A DNA stretch of 26,830 bases from the NCBI GenBank assembly GCA_965552135.1, contig CBEVQY010000030.1, positions 1 to 26,830 of the forward strand. The letters run 5' to 3'. The translations under genes and the position numbers were made by a program. This DNA is from an uncultured bacterium. GTDB lineage: Bacteria; UBP14; UBA6098; B30-G16. The notes under the pieces were generated by a model, which was not told the origin of the DNA, did no database searches, and saw only the letters and a list, made by a program, of their open reading frames with translations. Positions 1 to 8,707 of this stretch are shown in pieces (the first letter of the stretch is position 1; the number at the start of each line of letters is the position of its first letter).

Positions 1-23
1 CCGGTTATTGGCCGGGCTAAAGT

Positions 24-734
24 GTTGCAAGCCGCGCGCCCCCGAAGGGCGCGACTCTATCGACGTCACATACCTTTCGGTCTCCTCCGCGTTGCAATCC
101 GCGCGCCCGCGAAGGGCGCGACGTCTTACCCCGACAGGCGCCCGAATATCGCCGCCCCGTTGCAATCCGCGCGCCCGCGAAGGGCGCGACGTTCTCCCAG
201 GGTCACATATGTAAGCTAATCTACTGTTGCAATCCGCGCGCCCGCGAAGGGCGCGACATGCGTCGGCAGCCCCAAGTGGAGCCGCGGGAGTAGTTGCAAT
301 CCGCGCGCCCGCGAAGGGCGCGACCATCGTCCGGGTACCAACGCGTAAGGACGAGGAGCTTGTTGCAATCCGCGCGCCCGCGAAGGGCGCGACCGGAGCG
401 TCAGGAGGATGAGCAGGCCGTTCAGATGTTGCAATCCGCGCGCCCGCGAAGGGCGCGACCAGTCCTTGCCGACCGGTGTAATAGCTGCAATTGAGGTTGC
501 AATCCGCGCGCCCGCGAAGGGCGCGACATCCTCGACCTCGTCCACGGGCGAGATATACTTGGGCGTTGCAATCCGCGCGCCCGCGAAGGGCGCGACCGGT
601 AAGCTGCTGGATTAGTTGCTCTCGTTGTTGCGGTTGCAATCCGCGCGCCCGCGAAGGGCGCGACTCCCGCATTTCCGCCAACTGCCCCAAGACCCACGCC
701 TTGTTGCAATCCGCGCGCCCGCGAAGGGCGCGAC
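24..734 (-). CRISPR. CRISPR array, 11 repeats / 10 spacers, type I-C-like 32-nt hairpin repeat GTCGCGCCCTTCGCGGGCGCGCGGATTGCAAC (minus-strand reading)
   Basis: Plus-strand repeat GTTGCAATCCGCGCGCCCGCGAAGGGCGCGAC at 24-55 (2 mismatches), 91-122, 159-190, 226-257, 293-324, 362-393, 428-459, 496-527, 565-596, 633-664 and 703-734. Spacers are 35,36,35,35,37,34,36,37,36,38 nt. The repeat folds into a 7-bp stem (CGCGCCC/GGGCGCG) with a 5-nt loop. The degenerate repeat at 24-55 and the leader next to cas2 fix the orientation as minus. Continuation left of the window cannot be fully excluded. Confidence 0.98.
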
Positions 735-910
735 TGTCTCCCCGCAAAGCCAGATATATCAAGCGCTCAAAACGCCGTTTGCGACAACCCACCCCACAAA
801 ACGCGTCACAACGCGGCGCAAAACACCCCTATTCCCCGTAACCGATTGCATCGCAATTGGAAAGAGAATGCGCGAACCCCCCAGGGTTTTTATGGGTGCT
901 TCAGGTTCGC
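735..910 (-). promoter_or_regulatory. CRISPR leader between cas2 and the first repeat
   Basis: 176-bp non-coding gap. Inverted repeat GCGAACC (872-878) / GGTTCGC (904-910), of a kind typical of I-C leaders. IHF-like site TATCAAGCGCTCA (757-769; one mismatch to WATCAANNNNTTR) about 22 bp from the leader-repeat junction. Confidence 0.8.
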
Positions 911-1204
911 TCAAACCATAAGGGTGCCCTCCTCGAGATCAAAGTCGCAGCGGACGCCGTGATGCTCGACCCTGCGATGCCAGTTCTTGCCCAGGAAGTA
1001 AAAGCGCAAGCTGTCCTCATCCAGATTCGCCTCCTCAAGCAGCCTCGCGCGCAGCTCCACCCACTGCGCCGGGTCAACAAGACACTCGAACACGGACTTC
1101 TGAACCCTCTGACCGTACGCCTGACATATCTTCGCAACGCGCCTCAACCTGCGACGCCCCTCATCCGTCTCGGTGCTTACGTCATAGCTCACGACGACAA
1201 GCAT
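911..1204 (-). CDS. cas2: CRISPR-associated endoribonuclease Cas2
   Basis: MLVVVSYDV...RRLRRVAKICQAYGQRVQKSVFEC...DSLRFYFLG. The ATG at 1204 follows GGAGG; the ORF track start is 1213. Confidence 0.96.
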   Translation of the reverse strand: MLVVVSYDVSTETDEGRRRLRRVAKICQAYGQRVQKSVFECLVDPAQWVELRARLLEEANLDEDSLRFYFLGKNWHRRVEHHGVRCDFDLEEGTLMV

Positions 1205-1209
1205 GCCGC

Positions 1210-2241
1210 TCACCTCCAGGTGAAAGGTGGATAGGCGTCGAGATCGCCCCTCAGATGCCGCGCCAAAAGCAGCGCCTGAACATGATACAAAAGCCCAACC
1301 TTCACCTGCTCACCCACGAAGGGATGAAACACCTTTTCCTGCTTGCGCTGCTGGTAAGCCTCTATCACCGTTTTTCGTCCTGCGTCGTTGAGCAGGACTG
1401 CGCCCGTGGGCATCGAGGTGAACATCGACTTCGTCACAACCCGCAGGTTTATAAGCGACAGCGCCAGACGGTCGGCAACAAGGGGGCGAAACTCCTCGAG
1501 CATGTCGAGGGCAAGCCCGGGTCTGCCTGCCCTGTCGCCGTGGAGAAAACCAACGTAGGGGTCGAGCCCAACGCCCTCAAGCGCAGAGACGATATCGTTC
1601 GTAAGGAGCGCATACAGAAACGAAAGGAGCGCGTTCACCCGATCCCGCGGCGGACGCCTGCTCCTGCCACGGAAGGCAAAATCATCCCGCTGAGACACGA
1701 TAAGCTGGTCGAAGACCGAGAAATACAGGTTCGCCGACTCACCCTCGATCCCGCGGACGACGTCGAGGTCATCGGCGCCCCTCAGCCGCGAGAGGTTGAC
1801 CCGCAGGCGCTCCATGATCTCGACCACCCGCCCGCGATCTATTTTGCCCGGGTGATCCCTCAGGGCGCGCCTGAGGACCTTCTGCGTGTTCGATACCTTT
1901 CCGATGACGAACGACTTCGCGAGCCTTGTTCTCCAGGCGGGGTCGTCGGCGGCGCGGAACTGAGCCCTCCGCAAGAGGACGTTGCCCGTGCGCCCGCCCT
2001 CAACGCGCGCCCAAAAACGACCCCACTCGCTCATGAAAACCACCGTCACGCCGTGCTCCGCGCACAAAGCCATAAGCTGCGGGCTTATGCCCACCGAACC
2101 GAAGCACACTATGGACTCAAGCGCCCTGACAGGAAACCTCGCCTTGGTGACACCATCGACCTTAACCGCCACAGCCTCGCCGTCCTTTGAAAGATAGGCG
2201 CCGCGCGTAAGAACGTAGAGAGTGTTAAGCAGACGTTTCAT
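1210..2241 (-). CDS. cas1: Type I-C CRISPR-associated integrase Cas1 (343 aa)
   Basis: MKRLLNTLYVLT start typical of I-C Cas1; RGIEG, RSRRPPRDRVNALLSFLY, GLDPYVGFLH, LALDMLEEFR, C-terminal YPPFTWR. Start reassigned to ATG 2241. Confidence 0.97.
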   Translation of the reverse strand: MKRLLNTLYVLTRGAYLSKDGEAVAVKVDGVTKARFPVRALESIVCFGSVGISPQLMALCAEHGVTVVFMSEWGRFWARVEGGRTGNVLLRRAQFRAADDPAWRTRLAKSFVIGKVSNTQKVLRRALRDHPGKIDRGRVVEIMERLRVNLSRLRGADDLDVVRGIEGESANLYFSVFDQLIVSQRDDFAFRGRSRRPPRDRVNALLSFLYALLTNDIVSALEGVGLDPYVGFLHGDRAGRPGLALDMLEEFRPLVADRLALSLINLRVVTKSMFTSMPTGAVLLNDAGRKTVIEAYQQRKQEKVFHPFVGEQVKVGLLYHVQALLLARHLRGDLDAYPPFTWR

Positions 2242-2902
2242 CTTTCCCCTCTCCAGCCTCCAAAATCCAGTCGACGTACTCTTGGGCGGATCTGTCAGAG
2301 ACGACGAAGGGCATGCAAAGATCAACGAGCGAGCAGAGGCGACACGCTCTGCTCGGGACAGGCTTAGGGATCTTTCCCGAACGCAGGAGCCTGTGCAATC
2401 CCTCCGCCGCCTCGAACGTAAGCCTCCGCAGCGGCTCGTCGAAGATCACTTCGTGTCTCCTCCTCGTCCGCCCATAGAACAGAGCGCCGCGCTCTATGCG
2501 GCATCCGAGCATTTCCTCGAGGCATATCGCCTGGGCGCAGAGCTGAACTTCGTCTGCGCGGTGGGGTTTGGGTCTGCCCCTTTTGAACTCGACCGGGAAG
2601 GGGCGCCACCTGCCACGCCAGCCGAAAACGACCACTCCGCCTTCGTCCCTGTGGAACTCGACCACGTCGGCTATCCCCGACACGCCGAGCGCAACGCTTT
2701 GCAGCGGAAGCGCATAAACCGTCCTGACATCTCCCCTCGTTTCGACGCGGAAGCGGCTCGTTTTGCCGTGCAGGCTGCGCCCCTCCGCGGTGTAGCGGTT
2801 ATCTGCCCAAACGCCCTCCGCGTGGATCAGGGCGCACTGCCTCGGGCAGAACACATAGTGCTGGAGCGCCGAGAGAGGCAGAAAGTCCTCCTCGTTCCAC
2901 AT
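2225..2902 (-). CDS. cas4: CRISPR-associated exonuclease Cas4
   Basis: LSALQHYVFCPRQ, GIADVVE, PVEFKRG, QLCAQAICLEEM and CRLCSLVDLC (4 Fe-S Cys, RecB-like motifs). Confidence 0.96.
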   Translation of the reverse strand: MWNEEDFLPLSALQHYVFCPRQCALIHAEGVWADNRYTAEGRSLHGKTSRFRVETRGDVRTVYALPLQSVALGVSGIADVVEFHRDEGGVVVFGWRGRWRPFPVEFKRGRPKPHRADEVQLCAQAICLEEMLGCRIERGALFYGRTRRRHEVIFDEPLRRLTFEAAEGLHRLLRSGKIPKPVPSRACRLCSLVDLCMPFVVSDRSAQEYVDWILEAGEGKDETSA

Positions 2903-3768
2903 CAGAACACCCTGTCGATGACCTCGATGTTCGGCGAAAGAGCCTTCACCGCGTCGAGGTCGACCATTATCTCGAAGTCGTCGAAGGACCTTGGGGTTCC
3001 CGTTTTGGGCTCTGGAGACTTAACCGCCTCGAACAGCTTGTGTGCCGGCGCGTTCCCAAGAGCGGATCCGTGCTTGAAGATGACGAGTCTCCTCGGCGCC
3101 ATAAGCCCGCGCGCCGCCGAGCGATCGTGGTCGAACATGTGCTCCAAAGCCTCCCACAAAAGCTCAAGGTCCTGCTCGGAAAAGCCTGTCTTCTCCGCAA
3201 GCTTCGCCGAAACAAAGCCGTGCATCCTGTAGAGCGCGTAGGGTATTATGTGCTTTCGACCCATGGTGTGCTCTTGTTCTCCCTCTTGGGCAACTGCGAC
3301 ACGGGTTATCGTGACCTCGAGGGGAACAACCGGGTGAAGGCTCCTTGCGAAGGTCAATTGCACGGGACCCCTAACGACACCGGCGGATGGCTCTATCGAC
3401 ATAACGGCACCGAAAGTTCTTATATCGTAGAAGTTCTCGCACAGCCACGACTTGGCTTTCTCAACAGCCTCACCGCCGAATTTGCCCTTCTTGGCCTTCT
3501 CCTCGCCAACCGCTTCAAACGCCTCCTCATGGAAGTGGGAGAGAACGGCTTCGTGCAGAACGTATATTCGGTACGGTGACTTGTTGCCGTGTTTCGTCAG
3601 AACGTAATCCCTCACTTTCCTCTTAATGCACACATCGGTGACCAGTCCGTGCCCCGTTTCCGGGTCGATGCGTGGCATGTTCCCAGCGTCGGGATCGCCG
3701 TTGGGATTGCCGTTTGTCACGTCGAAGAAGTAAACGAAATCGTAGCGGTTCTTGATGGGCTCAGCCAT
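2902..3768 (-). CDS. cas7c: Type I-C Cascade backbone Cas7c/Csd2 (288 aa)
   Basis: IKNRYDFVYFFDVTNGNPNGDPDAGNMPRID, TDVCIKRKVR, FYDIRTFGAVM, VRGPVQ, HTMGRK, MFDHDRSAARG, LGNAPAHKLF. AGGAGG RBS before ATG 3768. Confidence 0.97.
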   Translation of the reverse strand: MAEPIKNRYDFVYFFDVTNGNPNGDPDAGNMPRIDPETGHGLVTDVCIKRKVRDYVLTKHGNKSPYRIYVLHEAVLSHFHEEAFEAVGEEKAKKGKFGGEAVEKAKSWLCENFYDIRTFGAVMSIEPSAGVVRGPVQLTFARSLHPVVPLEVTITRVAVAQEGEQEHTMGRKHIIPYALYRMHGFVSAKLAEKTGFSEQDLELLWEALEHMFDHDRSAARGLMAPRRLVIFKHGSALGNAPAHKLFEAVKSPEPKTGTPRSFDDFEIMVDLDAVKALSPNIEVIDRVF

Positions 3769-3787
3769 GGCAAACCTCCTTTGTTTT

Positions 3788-4153
3788 TTACTGCTCCTCG
3801 TTCTTCTCACCACCTTTGAAAAGCTCGTTGCGCTGATGGTAATATCCCAGCACAAACACCCCCTGCTCGGGCAGGCTTAGGTGCCTTGGGAAGCTGGGGA
3901 TGGGCTCGAGTATCTCTTGAATCTGCTTGTCGAAGAAAGTTCTTTCACCTCCTTCCAGCTTCCCGAGGTGATGTTGCGCGAGCCGCAGAAGGTACGGGAA
4001 GACTGTTGCTGGGTTCGCCGAAGCCGTCGCGAAGAATCTGTCTCTGATTGTCGCCTGCACATCTTTTATCGCCCTCCTCTGCAGGTGTTCCAGCACGGCG
4101 AACAGCCTGCCCAGCCTGTAAGCCGGGTCCGGACGGGATCTGTCCAACGACAT
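3788..4153 (-). CDS. cas11: Cas11c small subunit translated from an internal in-frame start within cas8c (121 aa)
   Basis: Strong internal SD AAGGAGGT (encoding KEV) 4 nt before in-frame ATG 4153 (MSLDRSRPDPAYRLGRLFA). This matches the established internal translation of Cas11 in type I-C cas8 genes. Confidence 0.8.
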   Translation of the reverse strand: MSLDRSRPDPAYRLGRLFAVLEHLQRRAIKDVQATIRDRFFATASANPATVFPYLLRLAQHHLGKLEGGERTFFDKQIQEILEPIPSFPRHLSLPEQGVFVLGYYHQRNELFKGGEKNEEQ

Positions 4154-5509
4154 AGGCACCTCCTTTTTGAAGTTGCGCACCAAAACGCCCTTTATCATCG
4201 CAGCCCGGTTTCGATTGACCAGTCCGCCGTCTGCGCGGATTCTGTCGAGCAGCGCGGCGAGAAGGCTTTCGGGATACCGAAGGCCGCAGATGATCGAGCG
4301 CATGTACTCCGTCGTCAGCGTGGAGGGGATGTTATCCTGCCTTCGTGCGCGGGCTTTCCTCGGCGCCAGCTCGCGCAAAAGCTCCCTCACCGAGGGATAG
4401 TCGCTGTCGTCGTCCCTCTGTTTCTCGATCTTTATATCCGCAAAGTGTTTTCCGACGTTTTCGAGGATCTGCCCCAACGTGCCTGCGTACCAGAACTTGA
4501 TTGCGATGCGAGCTCTGTTCCGCACCATACCGACGACGAAAAAACGATTGGCAACATCCACATTATCGGGCATCTTCCCCTTGCTTATAACGCGCAGGAT
4601 CTCTCCCACGCACTTTACGACTTCGGGGTCCTCGGGGACCTCGTCGAAGGCGAGCAGATAACCGAAATTGTTTTCAAGAGGATCTTTTTTGCTTGCCCAG
4701 AACACGGCAACGGTGTCACCAAGCTGCACCTTTCGTCTTCGGCTGGGATCGGAGGTATCAAGTAGCCAGCTTAAGGCGAGGGCATATTTTTCTGCGGCGG
4801 TAACCGAGACGGGAGCATTTCCCCCTTGTTTCTTCCTGAAGAAATAGACGGAGTCGAAATTGAATGCTACGATACTCGAGTCACCTCCGAGGCCTTTTAC
4901 GCTCGGGTGCATGCGCGCTATCGGTGCACGCTCGCCAGTTATAAGGCACGCGCCCGTGCCGATAGAAAGTTCCTTTTGGCGATAATCCCACCAGGCCTCG
5001 ATAAGCTCTTTCTGCTTGTGAAGGTATATGGGTCTGACTTTTCCTTTAACAAGAACAGCTGGCGCGATGAAGAAGCCGGTCTGGAGCATTTCGTCCCAAA
5101 GCTCCAGCGGCTTTGGGCGGTCGGGGTCCCACGCCTCGAGGAAATTGATCAAAGCCTGCAACAACGGATGATCCACACGCTCCTGTATTTCCCTGTGCAG
5201 CTTTTTGAACTCCTCAAAACATTGGCGTGCCCGCTTGGGTCGTCGCGGATCGACGCCGAAGAAGTAATCGAACTTGTCGCAGAGAAAGTTCGGAGTTATT
5301 CCGCTTGCGCGTTTACGATAAGGGACGATCCACTTTTGTGGGCGCCCTTTGTCGTCAAGTTCGCTGAGCGTTGCCACATAGTTACCGCGTTCGTCCAGAA
5401 TCAACGTGAAACCCACGGACTGCAGAGCATACCCCAGAGGCGGCAAACCCTCGGTGTGGGGATCCTTCGCCAGCCTATCGTACAGCTTCACAAGCTCGGC
5501 GAGTATCAT
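3788..5509 (-). CDS. cas8c: Type I-C Cascade large subunit Cas8c/Csd1
   Basis: MILAELVKLYDRL, RASGITPNFLCDK, CLITGE, HPSVKG, IVAFN, QGGNAPVS, GDTVAVFWA, NRARIAIKFW, RIRADG, AYRLGRLFAVLE, FVLGYYHQ. Confidence 0.95.
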   Translation of the reverse strand: MILAELVKLYDRLAKDPHTEGLPPLGYALQSVGFTLILDERGNYVATLSELDDKGRPQKWIVPYRKRASGITPNFLCDKFDYFFGVDPRRPKRARQCFEEFKKLHREIQERVDHPLLQALINFLEAWDPDRPKPLELWDEMLQTGFFIAPAVLVKGKVRPIYLHKQKELIEAWWDYRQKELSIGTGACLITGERAPIARMHPSVKGLGGDSSIVAFNFDSVYFFRKKQGGNAPVSVTAAEKYALALSWLLDTSDPSRRRKVQLGDTVAVFWASKKDPLENNFGYLLAFDEVPEDPEVVKCVGEILRVISKGKMPDNVDVANRFFVVGMVRNRARIAIKFWYAGTLGQILENVGKHFADIKIEKQRDDDSDYPSVRELLRELAPRKARARRQDNIPSTLTTEYMRSIICGLRYPESLLAALLDRIRADGGLVNRNRAAMIKGVLVRNFKKEVPMSLDRSRPDPAYRLGRLFAVLEHLQRRAIKDVQATIRDRFFATASANPATVFPYLLRLAQHHLGKLEGGERTFFDKQIQEILEPIPSFPRHLSLPEQGVFVLGYYHQRNELFKGGEKNEEQ

Positions 5510-6255
5510 CTCTTCACCTCCTCGCTCGATGGATGAGGGACGTCCACGATCCCTTCGTTCATCTGAGCCCTAAAGAGCATCGGCGCCGGCCCACCTTCGG
5601 CAAAGTAATCGATGTCGAAGAGCATCCAGCTCAGATCTCTCGTCTCGGGGATCGTGTAGATCTCGGACGTGCTCAAAACCTTTTCCTCCGGAAGCCCGGA
5701 CGAGTACTGCCCGGGGAACACCTTTGGGTTGTGGTCCATGAGTGCGAAGAACGCGGAGAACTCGCGACACCCGAGGTATGGCTGCGCAAAGCATTGCCCC
5801 TTCTGCGCTCGCCGACGGAAGATGGAGATGTGCTTCTGCGGCGTCTCCTCCGAGGCATCGAACTGCGAGGGGTCGTAGCCCAAACGGCGCAGCTCATCGC
5901 CGGTGCGCATCTCGATGTGGGCTTTGACGACGTAGTTCACGTCCCGCAGGATCGTGGACGCGCGCTGCTGACGGCTCGACTCCACAAGCACAGGCCTAAG
6001 CTCCCCCCTCGAAACCTGCTTGAGTGTGATAACGCCCCCTTCAAGCTCGTTGCGCCTTATGGTCATAAATTTTATGGGTCTGCAGACGTAGATTCTGTCG
6101 ATAACCCACCTAAACGTTGGATGCCAGTGTATTGCGTCGAACACTGCGCGCGCGGCGGACGGCGTGATCACGTCGTAGCTTACCCGCTCCACCTTCATCT
6201 CGGGGCGCGTGAAGCAAGCAAAGTCCCCCCAAATGCGAAGAAAAGCTCCGTACAT
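5506..6255 (-). CDS. cas5c: Type I-C Cas5c/Cas5d (Cascade subunit and pre-crRNA endoribonuclease)
   Basis: WGDFACFTRPEMKVERVSYDVITPSAAR, IRRNE, RQQRASTILRDV, PQKH (catalytic K-H pair), GQCFAQPYLGCREF, MLFDIDY. Confidence 0.96.
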   Translation of the reverse strand: MYGAFLRIWGDFACFTRPEMKVERVSYDVITPSAARAVFDAIHWHPTFRWVIDRIYVCRPIKFMTIRRNELEGGVITLKQVSRGELRPVLVESSRQQRASTILRDVNYVVKAHIEMRTGDELRRLGYDPSQFDASEETPQKHISIFRRRAQKGQCFAQPYLGCREFSAFFALMDHNPKVFPGQYSSGLPEEKVLSTSEIYTIPETRDLSWMLFDIDYFAEGGPAPMLFRAQMNEGIVDVPHPSSEEVKR

Positions 6256-6299
6256 AAAACCACCTCCTATCGCTTGCGCTGCGAGACCTTCGGACGGAT

Positions 6300-8660
6300 T
6301 TACACAATTATGCCTCCTCCACCCTCCCAGTCGACCAGAAGCCCCGTGTGGGGGTCATACAGCTTCGGCACAAGCTCGGGCGATAGCATATAGAAAAGGA
6401 TCCTCTCTCGGTCGGGGAACGGTTCGAGGTAATCATCCAGATTTCGCTGCTCCTTCGCGTAAACATTGACGCTGAACTTCTGCGCCTTTCGCAGGAGCGC
6501 CCTGTCGGGTATCAGTCCCTTGTCCTTCACGTGCTGTAGCTCGCGGAAAAGCTTCTTACCTTCATCGCCCCACGGGACCACGACGGAGAAGGTCTTTGCG
6601 TCGTCGATCACTCTGAAGCTCTCCTCGATCTTCGGGAAGCTGAAATCGAGGCTGCACACTCCTGCCGCCATCTCGTCCAAAACTGCTTGTCCGAGCTTGC
6701 TCAGCCTTTCCCCGCCTCTGGATAGGCTCCAGATGTAGTTCTCGAAAAACATCCTGATCGTCTCCGGCGCGAGCGGGTCCTGCGCCCCGGTGCGGAGAAG
6801 GAGATCAGTTACCTCGGCAGCCTCTTCAATAAGCGTTGGCAGTCCTTTGCGCCAGTTCCCGCCGTCTTCGCGGGCGCGGAAGATGAAGACCCTGCCGCCT
6901 TGCGGTCCAAGTCTACCCTCCCTGTTACATCTGCCGGCAGCTTGCGCGATGGAGTCGATCCCCGCTATCTCCCTGAACACAACGGGGAAGTCGATGTCGA
7001 CGCCGGCTTCGACGACTTGGGTAGACACGAGCGTCGTCGGCTTCTCCTCAAGCAGGCGCCGACGCACCTCATCAAGCACAGCGGAACGATGCACGGGGCA
7101 CATAAGGGATGAGAGATGGAACACTTCGCGCTCTTCTTCCGCCGCCCGCAGCGCCTCGAAAAGCTCCCTCGCGCGCCTGCGCGTGTTGACAATGCAAAGG
7201 ACGCTTCTGTGCGAAAGGATGCGCTCAACAAGACTTTCCCTGGTCAGATCGCCCAAAAACTCCTCCGTGGTTCGCCTAAGCTTCGCGTAGATCCCTTCGA
7301 CCGAAAGCCTGCCCGAAGCCTCCCCAAGCTCGCCCCTGACCTCTATCCCATCCGGAAAATCCTCGGATTTTGCGATTGCAGGTTGCGTGGCGGTGCACAG
7401 AACCACCGTGCAGCCGTAACGCTGAGAGAGCTCCTCCAGGGCGCGCAGCGTCGGCAGAAGGAGCCTTACGGGAAGCATCTGGGCTTCGTCGAGGATGACG
7501 ACGCTTTTGGCGACGTTGTGGACTTTCCTTGCCCGCGACGCCCCGGCGGCAAAGAGCGACTCGAAAAACTGGACGTTTGTGGTGACGATGACGGGTGCGT
7601 CCCAGTTTTCGACGGCAAGCTCCCACCTCGAGAGTTCGTCGGCGCGACCCGCCGCCTCGAAGTTGCTGTGGTGCTCGACGACGCAGTCCGAAAAATCGCG
7701 GTGGGGGTCATAATCCTCAACGGGAGCGCCATGGGGGTCGGACCTTCCGCCCAAAACCCAGCGGAAAACCGCCGCGTTCTGCTCGATTATGCTCGTGTAG
7801 GGGATCACGTATATTATTCGCCGCATGTTGTGCTTGATGGCGTGCCGCAGCGCAAAAGCGAGCGAAGCGAGGGTCTTCCCGCCGCCGGTGGGAACCGTGA
7901 GGGTATAGATGCCCGGCTCACCCTCCGATGCCGCAAGGCAGGACTCAAATATCTCCCACCTCAGCCGATTGAGCTCGGAGGAGTCGCGCTTTGCGCTGAA
8001 GGCGGCGCGGTATCGCTCGTCGAACCGCTCCCAAAGCGCGCCAAGCGGCGGATAGGCACGGAGCCTTTGTGCGTCGGGGTTCTCGAAGCTTTCGGCATCG
8101 AGCCTGTCGGCGTCGACCAGGCAGGAGAAAAGCATTCGCACGAACATCTGCAGCGAGAAAGCTGTCCTGTAGCGGTCGCCGTCGGTGACGAGAACGCGAA
8201 GCAGGCTATCGTCCACCGCGGGAAGCCGCGAAACGAGCCAGTCCCAAACTTCCCCGGGAATCTCCTCAAGGTATCCCCTGCCCCGCTTGACTCTCATCTC
8301 CAGCGAGGACTTCACGTTGGCGTCGTAGGAGCGGCAGCACGGCAGGTGCGTGTGGTGCGCAGATATACAATACGCCAGTATCCTTGCGGTCGCCTTTGCG
8401 TTTTTTGCCGCAAGGAGCCTCTCTGCCGCGGCGGCACCTGCAGCGGAGTGCTCAACCTCGCCGCGCCGACGCTCCCCCGCGCGAAGGTAGTCCTGAAACT
8501 CCCTCCTGAACTTGCCGACGTCGTGGAGAAGTCCCGCCACACAGGCAAATCCCTTAAGCTCGCCGATCGGAAAAAATCCTTCGCAAAGCTCTGCAACGGC
8601 GACAAGGTGCTCAAAAAGACCCTGCTTTCTGCCCTCGACAACGCGCGCAAGAAAATCCAT
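6300..8660 (-). CDS. cas3: Cas3 HD nuclease-helicase
   Basis: EHL...LLHDVGK...EHS...HH...LVDADRLD HD domain; PTGGGKT Walker A; DEAQ; TATQP; STQVVEAGVDIDF; QAAGRCNREG. Confidence 0.97.
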   Translation of the reverse strand: MDFLARVVEGRKQGLFEHLVAVAELCEGFFPIGELKGFACVAGLLHDVGKFRREFQDYLRAGERRRGEVEHSAAGAAAAERLLAAKNAKATARILAYCISAHHTHLPCCRSYDANVKSSLEMRVKRGRGYLEEIPGEVWDWLVSRLPAVDDSLLRVLVTDGDRYRTAFSLQMFVRMLFSCLVDADRLDAESFENPDAQRLRAYPPLGALWERFDERYRAAFSAKRDSSELNRLRWEIFESCLAASEGEPGIYTLTVPTGGGKTLASLAFALRHAIKHNMRRIIYVIPYTSIIEQNAAVFRWVLGGRSDPHGAPVEDYDPHRDFSDCVVEHHSNFEAAGRADELSRWELAVENWDAPVIVTTNVQFFESLFAAGASRARKVHNVAKSVVILDEAQMLPVRLLLPTLRALEELSQRYGCTVVLCTATQPAIAKSEDFPDGIEVRGELGEASGRLSVEGIYAKLRRTTEEFLGDLTRESLVERILSHRSVLCIVNTRRRARELFEALRAAEEEREVFHLSSLMCPVHRSAVLDEVRRRLLEEKPTTLVSTQVVEAGVDIDFPVVFREIAGIDSIAQAAGRCNREGRLGPQGGRVFIFRAREDGGNWRKGLPTLIEEAAEVTDLLLRTGAQDPLAPETIRMFFENYIWSLSRGGERLSKLGQAVLDEMAAGVCSLDFSFPKIEESFRVIDDAKTFSVVVPWGDEGKKLFRELQHVKDKGLIPDRALLRKAQKFSVNVYAKEQRNLDDYLEPFPDRERILFYMLSPELVPKLYDPHTGLLVDWEGGGGIIV

Positions 8661-8707
8661 TCCCTTCCCCCGAGCTATTGTGAGATAGCCAAGTAGCGTC
8701 GGAAGGC

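Noticed and set aside
1..23. CCGG-N7-CCGG hairpin after the last repeat as array terminator
   Set aside because: Truncated by the window edge; stem too short to call.
528..564. Self-targeting by spacer (GACCTCGTC also near 4637 and 19496)
   Set aside because: Only ~9-nt matches, expected by chance.
8..921. Numerous short ORFs with repeated LQSARPRRAR / VAIRAPAKGAT peptides
   Set aside because: Translations of the CRISPR repeats and leader, not genes.
6115..6140. Cas5c AIHWHP instead of IYWKP as catalytic loss
   Set aside because: His at the Tyr position occurs in many Cas5c proteins as I recall, and the KH pair is intact; no basis to call it inactive.
7116..8696. 526-aa plus-strand ORF and similar 200-340-aa ORFs opposite cas1, cas4/cas7, cas8, cas5, and minus-strand ORFs opposite the RCC1 gene
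   Set aside because: Antisense shadows of well-supported genes in GC-rich DNA; no recognisable domains.
8661..8707. Small hairpin GCTAT-N6-ATAGC at the III/I-C junction as terminator or mini-repeat
   Set aside because: 5-6-bp stem, no U-tract, no similarity to the CRISPR repeat.
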